A stretch of 32,970 nucleotides of DNA. It comes from an uncultured Cytophagia bacterium. Lineage in GTDB: Bacteria; Zhuqueibacterota; Zhuqueibacteria; Residuimicrobiales; Oceaniaggregativiventaceae. The stretch is from positions 1 through 32,970 of the forward strand of contig CAZSOP010000002.1 in NCBI GenBank assembly GCA_964608385.1, written 5' to 3'. Of this stretch, positions 18,540-26,533 are shown in pieces; the stretch's first letter is position 1; each line of letters opens with the position of its first letter. The translations under genes were made by a program, and so were the position numbers. Below the pieces are notes generated by a model. It made no database searches, was not told where the DNA came from, and worked only from the letters and a program-made list of their open reading frames with translations.

Positions 18540-20258
18540 TTAATATTTTCTTTCTACCGGTTTCCAAGTGGTGATGTTTACCGGTTTATAATCGAGTTTG
18601 GCCCCTTTCGGGTCATAGGTTGCCAGGGTATGCTTGAGCCAGTTGTTGTCATCGCGTTTTGGATAGTCGCGCCGGGCATGTGCCCCTCTGGATTCGGTTC
18701 TTTGCACGGCCCCGGTGACCATCACTTCAGCAAGGTCGAGCAGATTTTCCAGCTCCAGAGCATGAACGAGATTGGTGTTATAGGATCTGCTCTTGTCCTC
18801 AATATGAATTTGCTGGAACCGTTTTTTTAATGTTTTGATTTTATCTAACGCTTTTTGTAATTCTTCTCCGGTTCGAAAGACGCCGACATACTGATCCATG
18901 GTGGATCGCAACTCTCTCCGGATTGCATAAAGGTCTTCTTTGCCGTTGCGCTGTAACATATCGCTGAAAATTCTTGTTTCTTCCGCCTGCATCTGTTTTT
19001 CCGCCAGCGGTGGCAGGTCTACGGTTTCGCGACAATATTTGGCGGTCTCCTCGCCGGTTATTTTACCCCACACCAGGCACTCTGCAGTTGAATTGCTGCC
19101 GAGCCGGTTAGCACCGTGCATACTGACACAAGCGGCTTCGCCGGCAACCCATATTCCTTTTGTCCTGGTGGCGCCTTTGATGTCGGTTTCAATGCCTCCC
19201 ATCGAATAGTGCGCGACCGGGCGGCAGGGGATGGGTTCGTCGATCGGGTCCAGATCGTTGAATTCTATACAGACTTCGCGGATTAAGGGAAGGCGTTCGT
19301 TGATTCGATCTGCTCCCAGGTGCCTGAGATCGAGATGAACATAATCGAGGCCGTCCGGTCCTTTAAATCCCCGGCCTTCTTCAATTTCTGTCATTTCGGA
19401 ACGGGAGATAAGATCCCGCGGCGCCAGTTCCATCCGTTCGGGAGCATACCGGGACATAAAGCGATCGCCTTTGTTGTTGACCAGGTAGCCGTTTTCACCA
19501 CGGCATGCTTCGGTGATAAGGATACCGGAAGGCACCAGGCCGGTGGGATGGAATTGAACGAATTCCATGTCCTCCAGAGCCATACCGGCGCGATAGGCCA
19601 TGGCCATACCATCCCCGGTGACGGTCTGTGAATAGGTGGTAAAACCGAACAAGGTCCCGCCGCCGCCGGCGGCGATAATCAGGGCTTTGGCCCGGATCAA
19701 CATGACCTTTCCCGTGGTCATATTGATAGTGGCCAGCCCGCGAAATTCATTTTTCTCCGTCAGGATGGCGGTTACAAAGTGTTCATTGTAATGCTTAACG
19801 GTGGTATACTTGTTCAGGGTGTCGTAGAGCGTTTGCAGCTCGAAAAAACCGGTTTTGTCTGCGGCCAGAACCGTTCTTGGGAAGCTATGACCGCCAAAAG
19901 GACGCTGGGCAATGCGTCCGTCCTCGCGACGGGTCCAGGGGATTCCCCAATGATCGAGTTGCAGAATTTCAGCCGGCATGCTCTTGACAAACAGCTCTAC
20001 AGTATCCTGGTCGGCGAGGAAATCACTTCCTTTAACCGTATCCCAGGCATGCAGTTCAAAACTATCGCCTTCTTCCGGCCGCATCATGGCGGCAGTACCG
20101 CCTTCAGCAGCCACCGAATGCGCCCGCATCATTTGATTTTTGGTCAGTACGGCAATGTCAAGTTTCCCTTTTGTCAGGCGGGAAGCTTCGATCGCTGCGC
20201 GCAATCCTGCCAGGCCGGCGCCCAGAATAACGATATCATGATCTAATACATCTGACAT
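18540..20258 (-). CDS. sdhA: Succinate dehydrogenase / fumarate reductase flavoprotein subunit
   Basis: The ORF track extends to 20405. ATG 20258 (MSDVLDHDIVILGAGLAGLRAA) has GGAG 7 nt upstream, and ATG 20264 is an alternative. The FAD fold GAGLAG and the covalent-FAD His context RAHSVAAEGG are present. Confidence 0.93.
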   Translation of the reverse strand: MSDVLDHDIVILGAGLAGLRAAIEASRLTKGKLDIAVLTKNQMMRAHSVAAEGGTAAMMRPEEGDSFELHAWDTVKGSDFLADQDTVELFVKSMPAEILQLDHWGIPWTRREDGRIAQRPFGGHSFPRTVLAADKTGFFELQTLYDTLNKYTTVKHYNEHFVTAILTEKNEFRGLATINMTTGKVMLIRAKALIIAAGGGGTLFGFTTYSQTVTGDGMAMAYRAGMALEDMEFVQFHPTGLVPSGILITEACRGENGYLVNNKGDRFMSRYAPERMELAPRDLISRSEMTEIEEGRGFKGPDGLDYVHLDLRHLGADRINERLPLIREVCIEFNDLDPIDEPIPCRPVAHYSMGGIETDIKGATRTKGIWVAGEAACVSMHGANRLGSNSTAECLVWGKITGEETAKYCRETVDLPPLAEKQMQAEETRIFSDMLQRNGKEDLYAIRRELRSTMDQYVGVFRTGEELQKALDKIKTLKKRFQQIHIEDKSRSYNTNLVHALELENLLDLAEVMVTGAVQRTESRGAHARRDYPKRDDNNWLKHTLATYDPKGAKLDYKPVNITTWKPVERKY

Positions 20259-20501
20259 TCGCATTCTCCACTCTTTAAGGTTTGATTTTGGTTGTATGTT
20301 TTGAAAGGTTGTGTTTTCGATAATGCAGGGATAAAGAAAGAAGGTGCGCTCGTGTAGGTCATCGCTCCCTCGGGAGATATTGCTTAAAATAATTTGTCTA
20401 ATCAATAGAGTTTCATTACAGCAGTGCTAAAATATCAAACTCAAGTTTGTAAATCAAGTAAAATTTACATAATTTAGGTTTGCTGTGAAATTGAAAATAT
20501 C

Positions 20502-20530
20502 TTGATTCTTCATTGAGCTTTGTGTATACT
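20502..20530 (+). promoter_or_regulatory. Candidate sigma70-type promoter for the GlnE-like gene (TTGATT-N17-TATACT)
   Basis: TTGATT at 20502-20507, a 17-nt spacer and TATACT at 20525-20530. This conflicts with the ORF-track TTG start at 20520. If the promoter is real, translation starts downstream (GTG 20571 or ATG 20670). Confidence 0.35.
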
Positions 20531-23500
20531 GTATGAGTTAATTTCATCCATCTTTAGCCGGAATGAGCTTGTGGATATTTATATCGAAAGAATTCTACGA
20601 CGCGCCCGTTTTTTGGGCAATCACCATCGCAAATATATATTCTTTGTCGAGACTCATATCGATAAGCTGATGGCCCGTCTCGAACAGGCTATGATTATAG
20701 ACCAGGTTCACTTGTGGGCAAGCGCGCGGGACTATAAAAAAGAGATGGATACGATTGCTACTGTGGGTACCTCTCTGGAAGAAAAGCAAAACGATCAGGC
20801 GTGTTATTTTGCGCTGCAATTTTTGCAGATGAATCTGAGCGCGATCGATATCCTGATGCTGGACCTTACCACCAATCCGAACCGCTATGCAGTATACAAG
20901 CAGTTTATGCTTCGGGTCGGACACGATTTTCGGCGTCTGACGGCAGCTTATATGGAGCAGCTGCTTGGTTTATATCTGCCGGAAGAAAAATCACCAGAGT
21001 TTGTTTTTCTTGGTGTCGGTACGCGTTCTGACCAGGATGATATCGATATCGGTGTTGTCGACAGCGGCGCCGAAGGCCGAGAGGTTCTCAATAAAGCGGT
21101 CAGCCGCATGAACCGAGAAATGTTCAAGCGCGCGATCAGCCTTCACTTTCATCTCTCCGAACACGTCGGCAGTCCGAGCTCGTTCTCCGCTTCCATTGAT
21201 GAATATTGTCAACTTTTGGAGAATGAAATTCATGATTTTGTCATCATTACAGAAATGCTGGGCGCTGCCAAAATTCTCGGAAGTCGCAAGCTCTTCAATG
21301 AATTTCATCGCCGGGTGACGCTGCGTTATAATCATATTCCCCAGAACAGCAGTCCGAGTAAATATCATGAAGGTTATTTGCGCGGTATTATTGGTGAGGC
21401 GCGTTCCTTTGTCTTGCGCGAATTGTCCCGGGACCGTATCAGTCCCAAAGGAGATGGTCTGCGCATGATCAAAGCCGGGCTCTATGCCGCCAAAACGATC
21501 TTTAATCTCAGACAGGTCAATTCCTGGGCCATCATTCAGTCATTAAAGCGAAATGATAAAAAACGGGCAGCCTATTATGATCAGATAGAAGAGCCCCTGA
21601 CCTTTTTGGAGATTTTTCGCTATCTCTATCAAATGCTCATCGCCCAGGAAGAAGAGATTTACCTCAATCATCCGGCAGTCAGAAATAACCTGGCCATGGT
21701 TGCTGAAACCATGGGCTACAAAGCTATCGGGGCTGCTTCAGCCACCGATTTTTTACTGACAGATTATTATAAGAGTATTCGCCAGGCAAAAGAGACGGTC
21801 AAGACGCTTTTGCCCGCAACCATTACGCACTTGTCCCATATCACTATCTTTGGTAAAATATTGCGTCATAAAAAAGTAACCGAGGCTGGTGAAAAGCGGA
21901 TAGGCAATCTGGCCAAGCGCTTTCTCAAGGAGGCCCGTTTTTTCAAGGGGACAAAATTCTGGGATGATATTATCGATGTCCTCGAACGCAAAGATGGCCG
22001 AATTTTGATCCGTCTGGCAAATCACATGAGTATTCTTCGCGACGCAGAAAAAGAACGGGTAATCGGCGAGCTTATCGAATGGGGCCGGAATTCATTTATC
22101 GGCATGTTTCAATTTATCGCTCTGTTGTATAAATATAAAAACCGCATACCCGATTCGAATTTATTCGCCCTGATCAACGAGCGTTTTTTCAACAGTTATC
22201 GCGGTACCAGTGAAGAAGCACAACGCATGAGCATCGTTTTCAGGCATTATCCCAAACTCATCCATGACTATATCTCTCTGTTAAGCGACGTTCAGCAACG
22301 AAAATTATACAAGTGGCTCAATAAACGCTTCAGCGATCGCGAACTGTTGCCGGCGCGAAACCGGTTGCTCTATCTGATCAAGCTCCATTACGGTACCAGC
22401 CGATATTTTAAACGGGTGATGAACAGAGTGCTGGGTAAACATCCGGACTATCTCGAATATCTGGATGATCCACACCGATTCTCCCTGATCGGTAAGGGAT
22501 ATCTTGCCGAAGTCGAACGGGCGCAGAATATTAAACAAAAACTGCAAAATCTGGTCATCTATTATGACTTTGAATTTTTTCGTGTCTGCCTGAGTGCTCT
22601 AAGCGATACCCCTCCCCAAACCATAGCAATGGAATTTACCGAATTTACCGATACCTACCTGCGCATGCTTTTTGATACATGCAAACAGGAAATAGATGAC
22701 CGTTACGACACCAGCATCAAGACCAAAGACTTGCTGGGCATTTTTGTTACCGGTGGCCACGGCCATATGCTTGCGTTTGATGATGACTATGATTTGATCA
22801 TACTGCTCAACTCCTCCGATTCCGAAATTCTGGACTATGCCACCAAAATTATCAGCCGAATGCATACGGAAATCGTCAAATGCGGTATTATGCCGCATTA
22901 TCGTCTCTCAGATTATTCCGGATCCTATATCTGTACCTTTTTGCAATTGCGCCAGCTTTTAAATTCTCCCGGTGTTGATCGCTTTGTCGACAAGTCGCAG
23001 TTGCTCGGCGCCCGCATGGTGGTGGGAAGCACGGTTTTACAACAGGAATTTGTCAATACTTTTATTCAACCCTATATTTATGATGATCGTAAAAATTATA
23101 TCCAGGAGCTGATACACGATATCTATGAGCGGCATCGATCCTTTGAAAAGGATACGCCCGAATTTATCAATCTCAAGGAAGGCCCCGGCGGATTGCGCGA
23201 TATCGAAATGTTTTTATTGATCTGCCGGGCTCTGTTTAAGGTTTCGGAGCATTCGAATTATAAATTATTCATTCAACTATCCACGCTGGTGCCCGAGTTT
23301 GCCCACAGCTTTCAGATGTTTTATCGAAATTATGAATTTCTGCGTAAAATTCGTGATCTGAATCGCCTCATACTTTCCGCCGGCGACTATATCAATGTGC
23401 CCTATGTTGAAATGCTCAGTCAGAATATGATTACAGCTTCTCCGGATTTGGACAGGCACAATCTTGCTCAGGATATTCGCAACACCATGGCCACCGTGGT

Positions 23501-23594
23501 CATCGAGATCCGTTCCCTGATTGACAAAGTGGTTATTCCGGCGATATCTGAAGAATCTTTTGTCTATACCAATTTTCATATGCAACACCCGTGA
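20520..23594 (+). CDS. Divergent GlnE/GlnD-family tandem nucleotidyltransferase (GS adenylyltransferase-like architecture), function unknown
   Basis: 1024-aa ORF from a TTG; the true start is uncertain within 20520-20670. It has two Pol-beta-type NTase cores: GVGTRSDQDDIDIGVVD (nt 21012-21062) and TGGHGHMLAFDDDYDLIILL (nt 22749-22808). The second is followed by the canonical GlnE/GlnD helical-domain signature GPGGLRDIEMF (nt 23181-23213). The first is followed by a degenerate counterpart, KGDGLRMIK (nt 21447-21473). Confidence 0.65.
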   Translation: MCILYELISSIFSRNELVDIYIERILRRARFLGNHHRKYIFFVETHIDKLMARLEQAMIIDQVHLWASARDYKKEMDTIATVGTSLEEKQNDQACYFALQFLQMNLSAIDILMLDLTTNPNRYAVYKQFMLRVGHDFRRLTAAYMEQLLGLYLPEEKSPEFVFLGVGTRSDQDDIDIGVVDSGAEGREVLNKAVSRMNREMFKRAISLHFHLSEHVGSPSSFSASIDEYCQLLENEIHDFVIITEMLGAAKILGSRKLFNEFHRRVTLRYNHIPQNSSPSKYHEGYLRGIIGEARSFVLRELSRDRISPKGDGLRMIKAGLYAAKTIFNLRQVNSWAIIQSLKRNDKKRAAYYDQIEEPLTFLEIFRYLYQMLIAQEEEIYLNHPAVRNNLAMVAETMGYKAIGAASATDFLLTDYYKSIRQAKETVKTLLPATITHLSHITIFGKILRHKKVTEAGEKRIGNLAKRFLKEARFFKGTKFWDDIIDVLERKDGRILIRLANHMSILRDAEKERVIGELIEWGRNSFIGMFQFIALLYKYKNRIPDSNLFALINERFFNSYRGTSEEAQRMSIVFRHYPKLIHDYISLLSDVQQRKLYKWLNKRFSDRELLPARNRLLYLIKLHYGTSRYFKRVMNRVLGKHPDYLEYLDDPHRFSLIGKGYLAEVERAQNIKQKLQNLVIYYDFEFFRVCLSALSDTPPQTIAMEFTEFTDTYLRMLFDTCKQEIDDRYDTSIKTKDLLGIFVTGGHGHMLAFDDDYDLIILLNSSDSEILDYATKIISRMHTEIVKCGIMPHYRLSDYSGSYICTFLQLRQLLNSPGVDRFVDKSQLLGARMVVGSTVLQQEFVNTFIQPYIYDDRKNYIQELIHDIYERHRSFEKDTPEFINLKEGPGGLRDIEMFLLICRALFKVSEHSNYKLFIQLSTLVPEFAHSFQMFYRNYEFLRKIRDLNRLILSAGDYINVPYVEMLSQNMITASPDLDRHNLAQDIRNTMATVVIEIRSLIDKVVIPAISEESFVYTNFHMQHP

Positions 23595-23617
23595 TCTGTA
23601 AACGAAAGGGATCTGTT

Positions 23618-24214
23618 ATGAAAAACAGTCATCTATCGCTATACACCTTGCTCGTTGCCATCATGGCACTTGTTATTGCGGTAATTGCCATGATTCTTGC
23701 CAAAAGCGCTCAGCAAACAGCACTCTCTGATATTGTCGTCGAGGAAAAAAATCACCTGCTGACGCCTCTCTATGATGAAGAAAATCAATCCTACAGTTAT
23801 CTTGCTGTTTACGAGATCAGCTTTACCAACCATAGCGGTCCTATGGTGACGGTTGAAGGGATTGAGAAGGTTAGCGATGGCGGAGGCTATTTCGTGGCAT
23901 TGCAGGGGGAAAATATCAGCAACGCCGACCTCAATGCCAGAGCGTTTCTCGTTGATCCTACCCTGCAGAAGATCGCGCAAAATCCCAAGATACTTAAAAC
24001 TGTCATGAAAAATGAGATGGGATCATCTGCACGTCTTAATATTCCTCTGGGGCCAGCAAAAACACAAACTCTTCGCATTGGCGTTTCACTGAATCCCTAT
24101 GATCAAAATCGCCAACCGCTTGCCGATATGGTCTTGTTGTCTTTTCGCTTTTCGTTTTCAAATGGTAAAACCTCGGTGTTTCGACGCGGATTTCCTCTTC
24201 AACCGCTACGGTAA
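23618..24214 (+). CDS. Hypothetical membrane-anchored protein (single N-terminal TM helix, ~165-aa extracytoplasmic domain)
   Basis: The ORF-track frame begins at GTG 23591, overlapping the upstream TGA. ATG 23618 (MKNSHLSLYTLLVAIMALVIAVIAMILA...) is preceded by AAGGGA at 6-nt spacing. I recognise no motif in it. Confidence 0.6.
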   Translation: MKNSHLSLYTLLVAIMALVIAVIAMILAKSAQQTALSDIVVEEKNHLLTPLYDEENQSYSYLAVYEISFTNHSGPMVTVEGIEKVSDGGGYFVALQGENISNADLNARAFLVDPTLQKIAQNPKILKTVMKNEMGSSARLNIPLGPAKTQTLRIGVSLNPYDQNRQPLADMVLLSFRFSFSNGKTSVFRRGFPLQPLR

Positions 24215-24244
24215 AGAAAAACAGAAACAGAAACAGGGAAAACT

Positions 24245-25468
24245 ATGAACAGATTGACACGGTATATCTTTATTGGTCTGGCCCTCGGTGTGATCTGCGG
24301 CTGGACATTTGGTGAAAAAATCCTTTTCATTGCTGATCCTCTGGCGGAAATTTTTCTTCGCCTGTTACGAATGGCTATTATGCCTCTGATTCTCACCTCG
24401 ATTATTTCCGGGGTGCTCAGCATAGGTTCCGCCAAGGGACTCGGACGTCTCGGACTGAAAACCTTTCTTTATTATGTCATGAGCTCGGTCCTGGCGATAT
24501 TAACCGGACAAGTTCTGGTGAATATTTTTAAACCCGGCGTGGGAGCTAAACTCGGCCTGGAAAAAGTTCCGGAAAATCTTGAAGCCATTCAACAGGGATT
24601 GTTCGACATTGTTTTACAAATCATACCCGAGAATCCTTTCGCCGCTTTGGCCCGGGGAGATGTTTTGCCGGTGATTTTTTTCAGCATACTCTTCGGATAT
24701 TTCATTACCCAGCTGCAAACCACCAAACGCGACCAGCTCACCCAGCTATTTGACGGTGCCTTTGAAGCGATGATGAAATTAACCCAGTTTGTCCTTTGGA
24801 GTGCCCCTTTTGGTGTCTTTGGCATCAACGCCCGCATTGTTGCTGAAACAGGATTCGGCGCCTTCAAGTCACTTGGTTTTTATTTTGTCATCGTACTGAT
24901 GGGACTCTTTATCCATGTCAGCATAAACTTGCCGCTTTTACTAAGATTTGTTGCCAGGGTCAATCCTCTTAAACACTATAAAGGCATGACGACACCGTTG
25001 ATTACTGCCTTTTCCACCTGTTCATCCATGGTCACCCTGCCTTTGACCATGACCGCTGTTACCAGGCGTTCAAAGGTTTCTTCCAAGATTGCCAACTTTA
25101 CCCTGCCGATCGGTGCTACCATCAATATGGATGGTACCGCACTTTATGAATGTATCGCCGCTATCTTTATCGCTCAGGTTTACGGATTTGACCTTACTTT
25201 CTTGCAACAACTGCTGGTGGTCATTACCGCCTTGCTCGCCTCTATCGGGGCTGCCGGTGTTCCGATGGCCGGGCTGGTAATGATGTCCGTTATTCTGCGA
25301 GCCATCGGATTGCCCCTGGAAGCGGTCGGACTTATTCTGGCAGTCGACCGCATTCTCGATATGTTTCGTACTGCCACCAACGTTCTTAGCGATTCATGCG
25401 GTGCCGTTGTTATCGCCCGCCTTGAAGGCGAATCACTGCAGGGAATGGGCGAGGATGAAGAAGAGTAA
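24245..25468 (+). CDS. Dicarboxylate/amino acid:cation symporter (DAACS family; GltP/DctA-like)
   Basis: 407 aa and polytopic, with the family signature PIGATINMDGTALYE and the typical N-terminus IFIGLALGVICG. Glutamate/aspartate versus C4-dicarboxylate specificity cannot be decided by eye. Confidence 0.9.
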   Translation: MNRLTRYIFIGLALGVICGWTFGEKILFIADPLAEIFLRLLRMAIMPLILTSIISGVLSIGSAKGLGRLGLKTFLYYVMSSVLAILTGQVLVNIFKPGVGAKLGLEKVPENLEAIQQGLFDIVLQIIPENPFAALARGDVLPVIFFSILFGYFITQLQTTKRDQLTQLFDGAFEAMMKLTQFVLWSAPFGVFGINARIVAETGFGAFKSLGFYFVIVLMGLFIHVSINLPLLLRFVARVNPLKHYKGMTTPLITAFSTCSSMVTLPLTMTAVTRRSKVSSKIANFTLPIGATINMDGTALYECIAAIFIAQVYGFDLTFLQQLLVVITALLASIGAAGVPMAGLVMMSVILRAIGLPLEAVGLILAVDRILDMFRTATNVLSDSCGAVVIARLEGESLQGMGEDEEE

Positions 25469-25501
25469 AAATCCAATTCGATTATTTTCAAGTATAGAGA
25501 T

Positions 25502-25538
25502 AAAAAAAAGCCGTCCCTGTACAGGGGCGGCTTTTTTT
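25502..25538. terminator. Bidirectional rho-independent terminator between the DAACS gene and hsp20
   Basis: A8 run, GCCGTCCCTG (25510-25519), a 2-nt loop, CAGGGGCGGC (25522-25531; one G-T wobble) and a T7 run. Confidence 0.85.
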
Positions 25539-25588
25539 CTCCCTCGTTCACGACGACAGGGATACGCTGTGTTCTGGTTTCTGCCCGA

Positions 25589-25981
25589 CTATTTGATTTC
25601 GATTTTCTTTGCTTTGGCTTTTTCGCCTTTGGGAATGGTCAGCGAGAGAACACCATTATTGAGATCCGCTTTGATCTTTTCCGTATCCGTATTTTCCGGC
25701 AGAGCAAAAGAGCGCTCAAATTTACCATAACAGCGTTCTCTGTAGAGAGAACCATTTTCCTCTTTCTCTTCTTCTGATTTACGTTCGCCGCTTAGGGTCA
25801 AAATATTTTTTTCAACCGAAAGTTTCAGGTCTTCTTTACAGAGACCGGGAAGATCGGCAAGAATTTTATACGCTTTATCAGATTCCTCGATATCCAGATT
25901 GGGGCGCCACAGTTTGGAATCCTCTGTATAGTCATGGTTAAACCAGTTATCGATTAAATGATTGGGTTTGATCAAATACAT
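25589..25981 (-). CDS. Small heat-shock protein, Hsp20/alpha-crystallin family
   Basis: 130 aa with an alpha-crystallin domain: DIEESDKAYKILADLPGLCKEDLKLSVEKNILTLSGERK and FERSFALPENTD..KIKADLNNGVLSLTIPK. SD GGAGAAGG lies upstream. Confidence 0.93.
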   Translation of the reverse strand: MYLIKPNHLIDNWFNHDYTEDSKLWRPNLDIEESDKAYKILADLPGLCKEDLKLSVEKNILTLSGERKSEEEKEENGSLYRERCYGKFERSFALPENTDTEKIKADLNNGVLSLTIPKGEKAKAKKIEIK

Positions 25982-26036
25982 GATACCTTCTCCTTTTTAT
26001 GTTATTCATCAATTATCGATCGTTTGTGGTTAACTA

Positions 26037-26052
26037 TACAATAGTCGTGCCA
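26037..26052 (-). promoter_or_regulatory. Sigma54-like -24/-12 element upstream of hsp20 (TGGCAC-N5-TTGTA)
   Basis: The minus strand reads TGGCACGACTATTGTA. GG is correctly placed, but the -12 element is GT instead of the consensus GC. It lies about 55 nt upstream of the hsp20 ATG. An overlapping TATAGT could instead be a sigma70 -10. Confidence 0.3.
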
Positions 26053-26533
26053 AAAAAAGAAATCGACATAAAGATTTGTTTTAAAATTAGTTACTGCTCT
26101 ATTGGCGTGCGGCAATATAAGACAGGCTTGTATGTCATTTTGACATGTATGCCAATTAGGCTGCCAGATTGGCGCGGATTCGAAAAGAAAGAGGGGATGA
26201 TGTAGTGAGAATATTGTGTAGATAATCCAAGTATGAAGATTTGTATTTAAACCGTCAAGCTTGCAGAGAAACGCCGGGAAAAACAGCGCCGTTTAAACAG
26301 ATAAAATGGAGGATACAAGGAAAGTTGTATTATTTATCATTTATACTTGGAATTCTATCTAAAAAAAAGCTTTTTTCTAAAGCATTGCGACAAATTTAAT
26401 TTATTCTTAGCGCTTTGCGCTTTTGAATGTCAACACCTTCAAAACATGAAAAGGTTTTCAATTTTAATACAGCACCGGGTAATAAAACCTATCTTTATAC
26501 AGTTTTGAAATGTTTGTGTATGCAATTTCAAAT

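Noticed and set aside
25982-26036. Search for an RNA thermometer (ROSE or fourU type) in the hsp20 leader.
   Set aside because: I found no U-rich or UYGCU anti-SD segment able to pair with the GGAGAAGG SD in the ~55-nt leader or in the early coding region.
25999-26205. 68-aa + strand ORF in the hsp20 upstream region.
   Set aside because: It has no SD, an implausible composition, and overlaps the putative hsp20 promoter elements. It is most likely non-coding.
26363-26376. AAAAAAGCTTTTTT palindrome, the AGCGC-TTT-GCGCT hairpin (about 26410-26422) and the AT-only hairpin at 26495-26532 downstream of pntB, considered as terminators.
   Set aside because: The stems are too short or purely A/T, or lack a loop or U-tract. 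None qualifies as a convincing intrinsic terminator.
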